64,000 nt of DNA from Ancylonema sp. Taxonomy: Eukaryota. The notes below the pieces were generated by a model. It worked only from the letters and a program-made list of their open reading frames with translations. It was not told the origin of the DNA and searched no databases. A program made the translations under genes and the position numbers. Of this stretch, positions 39,688 to 52,309 are shown piece by piece. The stretch's first letter is position 1. Every line of letters starts with the position of its first letter. The stretch covers positions 1 to 64,000 of the forward strand of contig JBFLGF010000128.1 of NCBI GenBank assembly GCA_050230475.1, given 5' to 3'.

Positions 39688-40639
39688 CTTTGACTTTGAC
39701 TTTGACTTTGACGTTGACTTTGATGAAATTCAACCAACGAGGCATCCAGTTGTGATGCAATTCTAAATTTTGACCGTTGACTTTTTTATTGCTGGTTTCT
39801 CACGTGACGTAGGATTAAAGTGTTCGTACCTTCTTACGGGCAACATTTAGTGAACGTGCTGTGTATGATTTTTCCACAATTCGACTAGAAGTCGCATTGG
39901 CCCGTGGTTGAAGTGGGTGTGCCTAGTTGAAAGCATTTGCTCCTATTTAGGAACTCTCAAGGTTGAGACATTAGGCATTCTTATGTTTGACCACCTAGTA
40001 ATCATTTGCTGCGTTTCAAATTGATTTCCGGAGCTAAGTGTTGACTTGGGAGATGGGAGGTCGTCCTCTACAAGTGCTTTGTTGTGACTGCTAAGTCGTT
40101 CAATCAATGTACTCAGCATCACGTTATCATTTATGATCTGTCAATCTGTCTCATTGAAGATATAATTGCAAGTAGGTATGATAGATAGTTGGTATTGATC
40201 CGATTGTGGAATTTCTCGGAAGCCGATCCGGATCGACCATATGTGGATTCGATCTGGGTCAGGCCCGATCCGGATCGGATCAGGGTCGGGGCCCTGCATA
40301 TTCAAAAACAACGAAATGAAAACACTAAGATACGACTAACGGTTGAATTCGTCTCTTCTCGTAGATAATACCTACTACGAAGTCCGTAATGAAGAACTCT
40401 TGCTCATAGAAGGTCTTCACCATAGTTGAGCCCGATCCGATTAGAGAATCTCCGATCCGGCACTGATCCGGATTGAATGTATCATACTGTGACCCGGTAA
40501 GCAAAATGACCCACCTCAAAACAACGCGCAATTTTTACTGCACCACTACCGTACTAATAATTATCCTGTGAACCCTGGGGGGGTAACTTTCGGCCGTCGT
40601 TTTCTTTCTGGTTTTTCCCGGATTTGTTTTTTCACTACA

Positions 40640-40970
40640 CCGTTCACTTTACCCTAAAACATCCGTTCATCCGTTTTCCTTTATCTCAAAATTATTCGCC
40701 GTTCGTCCGTTCACTTTACACTAAAAAATCCGTTCACTTTCCTTTACCTCAATTTAGGCGCCGTTCATCCGTTCACTGTACACCAAAAAATCCATTCGCT
40801 TGCCTTTATCTCAACTTTATTTGCCGTTCCTCTGTTCACTTTCGTTCAAAAAATCCGTTCATTTTCCCTGATGTCAACTTTTTTCGCCGTTCATCCGTTT
40901 ACTCTACACAGATACATCCGTTCAGTTTCATTTTTCTCAAGTTTATTTGCCGTTCATTCATTCACTCTTG
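40640..40970. repeat. Tandem array of a ~63-bp unit rich in CCGTTCA
   Basis: Unit starts near 40698, 40761, 40823, 40886 and 40949. Confidence 0.85.
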
Positions 40971-42569
40971 TTCAAAAGCCTTATGTCAGTGCGGTGCGTT
41001 GTCAACTCTAGATTGCGGTTCTGCAGATTGCGTTCTATAAAATGGCAGACGTGAACACAGTCTCTGAGTTCACAATCGTATCGCTAGACTTTGTCGCTGA
41101 TCGTCATGAGAAAAGGCCCGTTAGACAAATATATCATGAGAGACCCCGAAGAGATAAAGGCGAATGCTTTGAAAGTAGTAATACGTGAACAAAAGGCAGA
41201 TGCCGAATATAAGTTGGAGTATGATGCTAGGAAATGAGCTACGGCTGCTCGAAATCGAAATCCATTGTAAGGAGGAGGAGAAGGAAGCCAAGAAACGCAA
41301 GGGGAAGGAGAGGGTGGACGAGGTGAGGATGGGTGAGGAGGAGATGGAGGGGGGGGGGGGGGGTAGGGCGGGGAACACGATTTACACGTCTGGTTTATGG
41401 ATCCAGAGGGGGAAGAGGGCGACGAGGACGAGAAGGATGAAGTGAAAGAGTAGTGAAGAGTAGATAGTGGTATAATATGAGTAGTACGTAGTGAATAGTG
41501 AGTAGTAAGTGAAAGTGTGGAGATGTCCGCATACTTTCGGTTTTTCGGATTTTACTTACTTTTCGGGTTTTTGAAAGGTATATTGTGGTTTAAATTGTTT
41601 GGAAACTCTGTGTTGTTTATCATGTTGGCTTGTGCATGGTGCAAAAATTTAAGAAAAATGTACACCTTATTTAATCGCCGACATGTCGACTTCCCCCCCC
41701 CCTAAATTTATGAAAATAAAATCAATGACATTTGATTATGCTGCTACCGGACCACTATTGAACCTTGGGCGACATGGATCCAACCACATATGTGTGATGA
41801 GCAAAATATCGATTATGAGCGATTCTATGAAATTGACCCACAACGCCGGATGTCGGTATTGATGGCGTGACCCAACCAAAAAATGAATTATTTAATTCGA
41901 CCCGACCCACCCTTTCCATAATTATTTGCGGGTCATTATGCATGGCCATTACGGTAGTTGGGCGCGTACATGTGCGCGGGTTTGGCGCAAATGTTCGGAA
42001 GATGTGCGCATCGTGCACCTCTTAGCGTATTCCAAATTCGAATTTTTGACTAGGTTAAAAGCCACCGCTCATAGTAGGTATTTTAAGTCTTTTTATCCAA
42101 AAAAAAAAACATAGTTGGGCGTGCACGTGTGCGCGGGGTTGAGCGCACATGTTCCGAACATGTTTGGAACTAGTGCGCGCCCAACAATGATTGACAGGCC
42201 TCACCTTGTTTTTTTTTTTTTCTAGTGGGGCCAATCCGGATCGGGGAAAGTGGGATCCTTGATCTGGGAAAGATTCAACTCTGGTAAACTTTGACCAAGA
42301 TATTTAAAACAACTCCACGTGGAGCTAATTCCCTTTGGATTCAATTGCCAACAATTCTAACATTTTGGACGCGATCCGGTTGTAAATATGGCATAAGCGC
42401 GGTTTCGACCTCGTAGTTACAACATACATCATACGCATGAGGTATTTTTGGGTTTTTTTTGGGGGTTTTTTTTTGCCGTATGTTAATAAGAGGGAGCCAA
42501 TATAAAATCGAAACTTTACCGAAGTTAGAGTACGAGTAAGTCTTTGTTCGTCATAACACGTCAAGCTTA

Positions 42570-43409
42570 GCATGGTTGCACCCAAACGCGTCCGAGTTTG
42601 GCAAACGCCAAACGTCCAAACGCCAAAACGACGTATTATGGCGTTTGGTGCCAACACCAAACTTGTTCATGGACGCCAAACCAACCGAGGAGATCAAACG
42701 TCCGCACAAAATTACAGACGTTTGCCCAAAGGCTGTTTTGTGTAAAGACATGTGCCAAACGTCCGTATGTTATTACGGACGTTTGGAAAAACGGCAATCA
42801 ATTATTTGTTGTGTCCGGGTCCGGATCAAGCAATTTTGAGTGGCATAAAAATAAAATAGTAATTTTTTGAAATTTTGGGAGGTTGCCGGACGTCCGCATT
42901 TACGGAACGCCGTTTGAGTCGATTCTTGCCGTTCGGGTGCAACCCTACGTCAAAGCATGGTTGCACCCAAACGCGTCCGCGTTTGCCAAACGCCCAAACG
43001 CCAATACGGAAAATTTCGACGTTTAGTGCCAACACCAAACGCAGTACTAAACGTGTGTACGGACGCCAAAACTGTTGAATTGTAATTGTAAATGCATTTA
43101 GTAATTTGTTCAGTATTGAGAGAAATAAGTGAATCTGAACAAAAGCGGCCTAGGAGACCAAACGTCCGTATCAATGTACGGACGTCTACCAAACGGTCGT
43201 TCAGTGTACATACGTTTGCCAAACTTTGGTACGTACATTCGGACGTTTTCAAAACGGAAACCCAGAGTCCTTTTTCCGGGTCCAAAGCCGGCAATTTCAA
43301 GTGGTACCCAAAAAAAAAAAAGGTAATATTTCGGAAATTTGGGCAGTTGGACGTCCGCGTTTGGCAAACGCCGTTTGTGCCGATGTTTTCCGTTTGGATG
43401 CAACCATGC
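42570..43409. mobile_element. Two adjacent MITE-like units with GCATGGTTGCACCCAAACG termini
   Basis: Left ends at ~42570 and ~42955. Inverted right ends cgttcgggtgcaacc (~42930) and cgtttggatgcaaccatgc (~43391-43409). Internal CCAAACG/CGTTTGG repeats. Confidence 0.7.
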
Positions 43410-46400
43410 GCTAATACAACTATGCAAGCGGATACTTTCATCGATGTGCAATGGGTAATATGGGCATACTTCGTGCACCATTCATCGTCGAGTTGCACTA
43501 AACCACCGTGAAACTCAATGTTTTTATCCACCACAATTGTTTGAGATCACGGCAGTGTGCATGAAAACGGTGTCGATGTTCGTGCAATCATTGGTTAATT
43601 AAAGGCCAAGACACAGGCGAGCTATAATTGATTACGTCTCGGAGATTCCAGACACACTAAAAATGGAAATACAATTGTAACCGGATGAGTGGGTAGGAAT
43701 TGAAACTATTTTTGGGCATCATATTCACCATTAACTCCCCGAATCACATGCTTAGCGAAAGTCAATGGGGGCGAAAAAGAAGCATTGGTGATGCCATAAA
43801 CTTATGGTTTGTATACTCTTCAAGACGTTGGTTAAAGAGAATCGATGTGGAGAACAAAGACGCATCGATGACACCACAAATTATATATGTTAACTTCTTA
43901 TCAACCCGCCAAAGGTGTTGTGATGACCCCTTTGATGCAACCATATGGGTATCTAATAACTTCTCTCATGAAGAGTAGGTTACAATGTGTTGCGAAGTTT
44001 TTGTTAACCAAACATCAAACAAACTCTAAGGACAAGGTTCTTCTTTTTTATTATTTATGTCATGTGACACGTGGATGTAAATAACATCCGGGAAATGTGT
44101 ATGGTTAAGGAGGTGTGCAGTGTTGCATATTATATATAAACTCTTATGTATAGACCGATGAATTATATCCCCGCCACAAGCTAGTCGTCATGATAGAATG
44201 TGTCGCAATTGTATATTAAATATCGACAAATTTACTAGTATTAGTACTGCGTAAGAAAGGTACGAGAGAACCAGTATTTGCAAATTTCTTGCAAAAGTTT
44301 GATGTCTCAACCCCTTGGCTGGATCTTGATGATCGATTTTTGACGTCGTAAAAATATGCTATGAACGATCTTGTATTATCGATGGATTATCTAACAATGT
44401 ATTTTCGTGGTTAAAAGTTGCATTCAACTCTCTCTTGTTTTTCTGAGAAGAAGAAGCGCAAATCGGTTTTCCGATCTAGGAAAAATGTTTGTCAAAAGCG
44501 AGCCATTCGTTAATATTGAATTCTCACAACGAATATCGGAAGCTCAAATTGCTCGAATTTTATTCCGTGGTAATTTTTTTGTATACAACGAAAATTTAAA
44601 CCGTGTCCAAATCCTGTACCGATGCTTGGTCGAAAACATCTTCTAAACAATGTAAATATTTTGATCTCTAACCAAGGAGGTAGTAGTCGGGTGTATAAAC
44701 TAAACTATATCGGATCGAAATGCGTACATGTTCGTGACAAGTTCAAATGTCAAGTTTCATACATAAATACCCCTTCATACAACGATACCACTTGACTAAA
44801 AGTATCCAAGGAACACCGCCAGACCGACCGACAAAAAAAATCATCACAAAACACACTTTGCTGAAGACATCACATCATAGTGACGCATTCGTTCATATTG
44901 CCAACACAACTTGCAATGCGCTTGGTCGCTTTCAGCATGCGTTGGTTTTCTTACCGTTTTGAGAATATTTCTGTTTGACTCCATTATTGGGGAGAGATGT
45001 ATCAATAAGGTGGGAAGATTATTTACTATGTGGTCCTGCAACCGCTTACGTATAGCAGCGTATCGATTACCGAATACACACAACAACACACGCAATGCCT
45101 TGCATTGTACAAAACTACAAGTTATAATGTTTTAATCGTACCTCCCAAATCACCAAATATAAACACGTGTTCCCATAACCCATACTATTGCCCCTAAGTC
45201 CATATACCACCCAAGCACAACAAGTGCTGAATTGTTTTTAACTTACTATCCAAAGCAAGGTAAGCTCTGGGTGCCAAAAATGCGAAGCGTAATTAGCGCA
45301 CAAGCAAGCTCAGAGGTGTTCCAGCTACGATAGAATAACAAATTGCGTAGAGAATCACGAATCGCACGTACACAAGATGTTGAATTAAGTCGTCCGGGAA
45401 ATGTTGTCGGAAAGTGAATACAAGAGTCACACCCTAGACGTATAAAAGTGGAGCACCAACCCACTCGAAGAATGTCGGCTGGACCAAAAGTCTAACCAAC
45501 GGTGATTGACTAGTGGCCGTTCAATCCCGGTCGTTCACTCAAATGGATGTTGGAACCCCTAACTCAATGATTGGTCAAGTAAGCGGGGGCGCCAATCATA
45601 CTCAAGCCTAAGAATATCCGCAAAAGCTTCCCCTTCACCTTTCTCCTACTGGGGCGTATCGAACTCTCTACTCCGTTAGAACGACACAAAGTCTGAAAGA
45701 TTGGATATACTCACTCGTTCCTACACAACGGTGCCTGGCACGCGTTATAACGACACGAGCCTATACACTACGACACCGCTTCCACGCGTACAAAGTTCCG
45801 CAACCTAGACTCGTACCCGCCGCCCAAGAGGAATCGAAATTACGCCTCTCTCACCATATTGATGAAGCCGATCGCTCGACGTCTCTTATACCGCCCACCT
45901 ACGTGGCGTCGTCGACGACCTATTATGAATCTGACTCGATGTTGAATTGATGCATTAATCATAAAGAATCGACATTTCGTTCTACTTTCCAAGTTCATCT
46001 AAAACTCAGGTGAAATGCACCGCAAATAATGGATGGCAAATATTTTTTGGAATTATGGGAGGATTCTCGTGAAGCCCGGGAACATTTTGGCAATTTCTCT
46101 TCTCGTTTCTTCGATTAAAAACCGCTAGAATTTTAAAGAGAAAAACACAATTTCATTAATGGATGTGCTTCTCTTCTATACTTTTTTGGCACATAGTCTC
46201 GATCAATTGTGTTGTGCTTGTAAGACTGGGATACTCTTCTTCTGCGCACGTCCAGCCCCGCCGTGCCGGTAGGCCTTGCCAACTTTGCGAACACCCTGCT
46301 ACAGTTTGAGAAGCATATCTGATAGCTTCAAACGATGTCGTTCCGGAACCAGCCGATTTTGAGATGTAGACCACAATTCCAATTACCTTTATGTTTGCTG

Positions 46401-49400
46401 ATTTAGTACGATTAAAATAAGATTTAACATGATAGTGCATCCTGTGTTTTTTCCGCAAGTTCCATTTCTGAATGTTCGGTGGTTGCGCCATCATGTTTGC
46501 AGGCCCCCCACAACAATGTTTTATTCACATCAGCTTCTTTCAAAAAAAGGTATACTTGGTCAGATATGGTGAGTGCTTCCAGTCCGAGAGGTCCCAGAGT
46601 GACCAGATGTCGATGAAAATCATATATTTATACATTTTTTTGGCAGCATCATTTACTAGTAGAGCATTATTTTGCAAGATTGCCGCTACGATGCAAGCGA
46701 AAATAAATCGGAGGAAGACGGAGCAGATTGACATCAGTGACATGTGGTAAATTTACCATCAGTTGACCATGCCACGATACTTCCTATCAACTTAGGCAGG
46801 CAGGATTATTCTATGTTGACCTCGATTTGACGATTCGCTGGATTTTACAGCCAACGATACATCGACAAATCTGTGTGTATGAAGCATGCACTAAACTAGT
46901 TGCTTACGGTTTTCGAATTTTGGACAGTGAACACATTCTACAGACACAAATTCCACTTGCGCTGCTACTTTCGGGGATTCTTATGGGTGAGCACTTTTGA
47001 TTCGCGCACGGATATTAGAAAATGTATTTTGGCTGCTGGCAACATGATTTGCCAACGTGCAGGAGGGCTGGTCGTGATATACGCCATAAAAGTTTCGTTG
47101 CTCTACGAGGACTACAACGAATTTCTTGTAAGTATGTACAACTTTGAGTTTACATATTATTGCACGCCTTGGTAGCTTGGAACCGTACATGGGTTCTCAA
47201 TTGAGCCCTTCGGCTGAATGCATGTGAAAATTAAGGTTGTCGCAAGAGTGCGCGAGATAGACCAAACTAATCTACCTCGTGGAAAGCGACATGCCAGGTT
47301 TGCAAAATATTTATAATTACATTGATGGAATTCGGTAGCATAGGTTTGTATAGAAACCGGACACTCCTGGTTGATTGGAGATTACAGATTGGAGTCGATT
47401 ACCATTAACTACGTGGGAGGAAATCTAGTTGAAGACCTCGAGCGACATTTGTTTGAGCCGAGTACTCCGGAGAAGCGAAGAAAAAAGCAAGTAGGTGCAC
47501 ACATTGTTATTCCAATAAATCATTATTTTTATCCCTTAGAAGTAACTACTATCAAAGTTGCATTCCATGTCTTGTTTCTATCTCTCGTCGGCTGTTTACT
47601 CACGATTATTCGTGGTTTTGATGGTGATGCAGACCGAAACATTCTTTCGAATGCCGGGTAAAGGCGAAGGTGAAGATGATCTCGACGAGATCCAGCCACC
47701 CCGGGCAATGGTGGCCAGCATCACCTTGGAGGATCCACTTCCGGATTTTGGAGGGTGATACCTCATATTTGCAGGCCTGGGATTACATACAGTTTACTCG
47801 TTTGATATATCATCGGAGGTGTTTTGGTGTTGTTTTCTATTTAAAAATGGTTGACCCGATTGCAGGGGATCTTTCCCGAAAACTTCAATTGCACCCTCGG
47901 ATGGTATGATGGGTATGGTAACATGCAGTCCCCGATAACTTTTATAGTTCGATACATCAAAAATTGATGTCCATATACTACCATTTCTGTTTATTCTACA
48001 TCTGACGGAAGAGACGGGACCCACTCAAGTTGCACATCCACATGACTCCACCGATAACACCTCGGCCAATCACCTACAGTAAGTGTGGAAAATGTTTTTA
48101 TATGTGTTTGGAGCATACATGCGATGCTTGCATTGATTTGGCGCTTAGTTCGCGCCGAATGTAAATCTGGTTATTAGTGATGTGATCATTCATAATGATG
48201 ATGATGATATAAAGGACGTGGATGACGAATTTTCGTATTTTCATGAGAGAGGGTCACCCTTTGTCATCCTTTCTTCAAATACAATTTCTGATAACGTGTT
48301 TTTCACTTCTCCTTCTAGTTTTCTCCGCGAGCAGTATTGACGTGCCAGATGGAGTCGGCAGACAGCCTCTTGACGAAATCTCTCAAAAACAAATAAATCG
48401 ACAGATTTTGGAAAAATCTGCAAAACTTGACTTTTTATATTTTTTTGCGTCGATGAAAATGACGGATGTTGGTCGATGACTTGGCTGCTTGTCTGGATGA
48501 GCAGCATCAGGATTGGGCCTTTGGTCAATATCTGGATCTCACTAGAGTAGATTGGTGTAGGTCGAATCCTTATTGACCACACAAGAATGTAATTCAGGCA
48601 CGGTATGTGACTTATCAACGAAGTTTGCTGTAGCTACCTACTACTCGCCGAAAGCTGAGATGCACTCAACGCTTAGTGGTGGGAGGTCTAGAAACAACAC
48701 TAAGGTTAATCACGCGTTGCAGGTTATCGTACTTCACAACAGGTGACAGCTACAAATAAAGAGAACGCAAGGCAAATAGCTATAGAATTTCTACAAGGGT
48801 GCAGAATGACTGATAGTTGGTTGCGACGGGGTGCGCACTCACTATAGGAATCAAACGTTGTCATGAATAAAACGATTCACTAGATCTGAACGGGTGCAGG
48901 CAAATTCAAAGGGTGAATTGTCTGACTGAGCTCGCACAAAACGGTGCAGCTAATTGTAACGATTTCTCACGTCAGCAAAACGGCTGACAATCAACGACTT
49001 GCAAGGGTCACGATTTTGCAAGGGTAACGATAATCTGACTACGGCAGAATTTCACACGATGCGTATGCAAAACGGCACACGTCTTTTTGTACTACTTGAG
49101 ATGCGACAGCACGCACAAGCAAACATGCAATTTCGCATAACTTACGGCTGGATGGAGCGACGCGAAGTTTGCAAAAATTCACAGAGAATATCAAAGGCGA
49201 AACGGCACACTTGATAACGATTGTTGACGATTTCAGAATACACGAATTCAAGATGGCGATTGCAAAGAGTTGTTGAAATTCAGACAACGTAAAAACTGAC
49301 AGCGGCTGACAGCGGTAGCTGGCAGTTCAGAAAGCAACTTAGGCTTTAGTACAATCGACGCGCCGTTTCACACGCGCGGTAATCTAGATCTTATCTTGAT

Positions 49401-50744
49401 CTATGGTAGAAAAAAAATATCGACTAGACAGCCAATCGTGACTGTCTATTCTAGAGTTCTAGATTTAACACGTGCGGCGGTTCAAACGCCAGGCTGGCTG
49501 ACTGAGATAAAGCTCGGCGCGCACTGGGAATCTACTCGTCGATACGAAAAAATACTCCGAATTAAAATCTAAAAAGTGGTACACCGACTTTTCTAGATTG
49601 ATTGAGTATATAAAAAAAAAAAAACAAACGTCTGACTGATTGAAACTCATATAACGACAGAGTTCAATACAAATACTAAAAATCGACAATTACCAAAATT
49701 GCTATTTTTCAAGCGTATCGACAATTAAAAAGACTTTACTTTCTAACGATCTCTAACGGCATGACAGCTGACGTGCTAGACGGAGTCGGCAAACAGCGTG
49801 TCGACGAAATCTCTCAAAAACAAAGTAATCGACAGATTTTGGAAAAATCTACAAACTATTTTTTTTATCATTTTCTGCGTCGATGAAAATGACGGATGTC
49901 GGTTGATGACTTGACTGATTGTCTGGATGAGGAGCATCAGGATTGGGCCTTTGGTCATCATCTGGATCTCACTCCCCCCCCCCAACTACGAAAGCTCTGC
50001 GTCGGAGGCTGGGACACATGGACATCATTTGATGTGGAGCAAGGTTAGGATGTATTGCAGAATGCCGGATTTCTTGTTGTTCACTGTCGAGACATAGGTT
50101 TTCTCAAACGCAGTGCACACACGGCGAGTTTGGTTAGGAAGTCCGAATTGCATTGGTTTCTAGTCGTAGGCATGATGAGAGGTGCCTGAGTCATACTATA
50201 GTTGGATGGCATGCAAGGGTGAAGGAAATTGTTATGAAAGAAACTGTGGGTTGGTGAGGTGTGGTGAGACAGCAGGGGTTGACATAGGGTCAGGATCTAC
50301 TGTGGTTACTCGCCAAGGTGTACGCCGTGAGGTTTCTTCAGAGAGAGGTGGTGAGTGACAAATCAAATGTGGAACTTCTGCCAAAAAAATCAAAATTTCT
50401 TTTTCTGTTTGAAGTAACGTGGTTGCATTTGCAGCGAGGGACTATGTTTGAGTGATGGCTGTATGAGAGCAAGGGTAAATAGTGGTCGAAGACGTCGATG
50501 TTTGGGGTGAACTAGATACGGAGGAAAATGCACTGGTGGTTTTCCAAGGTTCGTCATTAACAGGTGGTGGAATTGCCAATGGCGCAAGGAGAACTGATCG
50601 TACGGGTTTCTTCTTTTTGTTTGGTTGCTTGGGTTTCACATGCATTGGTTGGCTGACAAGATGCATTGTAACTTTGGTGGAGTTGGCCCTCTGCCTCAAC
50701 AAGGATGGTGGGGAATACCTGAGAGTTGAGGTGAGGCGCTATCC

Positions 50745-52278
50745 CTATGGGTTGTAGGTTGCCATGATGATGGATGCTAGCCAGTGGGTGACGTGACGAT
50801 CGAGGGACAAACCAAGGGTGCTGCGACGCTGAGCAGCGGTGCGGATCATTCCCACTGATCCTGCGGTGGCTCCCGGGGTGCATGGCGCGTTCCAGATCAT
50901 AGGGTGAGGGTGTAATGTAGGTGCCAGATTGTTGTTCATACACCATGCCCTCGCCTGGGTGACCGGTGGCCGGATCAATGGTGAAGTCAAAGCTGTCGGG
51001 GTATGGGGTGATAGGCGGGAATGCACGTCGGGGTTGCCCAACAATGTTCACAATCGGGGGTTGCACATCACTGGCAAGCACTGGTGTCGGGAAATGGCCT
51101 CGTTCTAAAATGTATGCAAGTTGACATCCAATGGTTTCACCAAGCAAGCAAGCCTCGAGAAGGCGGGTTGGCATGTGGTTCTACCACACAAGGGTTGATC
51201 GGCGGTTGTTGGAGTTGACCACGGTTGCCTCGATGACGGCTGAGTGTCTAAGGAAAGTGGTAACCAAAGGGTACATCTCTGCTACCCAGGGTGGTGAATC
51301 CAAAAACCGGTAGGTGAAAAGAATGTAACGAGGAGGGTGATCCTGAATGTTTGAGAGGTTTTGCAAAACCTTGAGCAGCGCCAGGAAAGGGTACACACGG
51401 TGATCGAAACCCCCCCTAAGTGGACGAAAAGTGACCTCCGTTTCCCTGTTCCAATTCCCCCCCACAATGTCGATTTGGCCTCGCTCGTTGAGGAGGTGCC
51501 GGAAGGCAGGTTCTGCCGTTTCCTCGATGATGTTGCTCCCCAAACGACTGCAACAACCTGCGAGTGCGTTGTCGGGGAGTTGTCCGGAGAATTTTCGTTG
51601 AGCTTTTTGCAAGGCGAAGTACACGGCTTGTTCGTCCGCCTTGCTCTCCACCTGCGTCGTGTAAGTCCCCACAAAGTCGCCGCATTCCAAGTGGAGGTAG
51701 AGGATGCTAATGTTGGATCCCCCAAATGGTCCGTAGATGTGCACGCCTTTGCTGAGGATGGACGGGTGAAGGGGTGCGATGCCGGCTGGCATGGGTTTTT
51801 CTCCTTGAAACTTGCGTCCGCTCCAATGAAGCTTGGGTGGAGAAAGGGTGAAGTCCTGCATGATCTTGTGGTTTCCCAAACGCAACAATCGTTGACCCAT
51901 GATGAGTTGCTCCTCGCGGATGGTGGCGACAACATTCACGCTACGGGGTGTGTAGATTCTCCGAGTGTCCTCGGCTAGTTGCTGGGGTGAAAATGTTGCA
52001 GGCAATACCCGTTGGGTGATGAGGTAAGGATATCCAGGCACGATGAGATGCTGATCTCTGGGGTTCCAGAATGGACACTTCTGACGGTAGCGAGCCCGAT
52101 GCCTGGCGAGGTCGTCACCATCACGGGAGTCACGCAAGTTGTCGTAGTCACGGAGTGCCAAATGGCGTTGTGCAGCCGTCGCCATAGCGTTGACTGCTGC
52201 CTGGTCTTGGGCAAACTGGGTTGCATTGTGCTGTGGGGAAGGGATGGGAAGGAGAGGGAGTACTGAAGTTTGTGCCAC
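50745..52278 (-). pseudogene. Retrotransposon-borne C5 cytosine methyltransferase-like domain with catalytic motifs lost; in-frame stop at 51181-51183 and a frameshift near 50878
   Basis: Collinear with DNMT domains of streptophyte gypsy elements as I recall them: GVHIYGPFGG (motif I), GQLPDNALAGCCSRL, IDIVGGNWNRE (motif IV position, no PC), PPRYILFTY (motif VI position, no ENV), EATVVNSNNRRSTLVW*N (motif VIII), VNIVGQPRRAFP...GEGMVYE, PSPYDLERAM (motif IX), AAQRRSTLGLSLD (motif X). Confidence 0.72.
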
Positions 52279-52309
52279 TCATGAGACCCACGACACTCCG
52301 GCGATCTAC

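Noticed and set aside
43410..47300. Possible decayed transposase or viral insert in the AT-rich region
   Set aside because: Only short ORFs without recognisable motifs; not supportable without a search.
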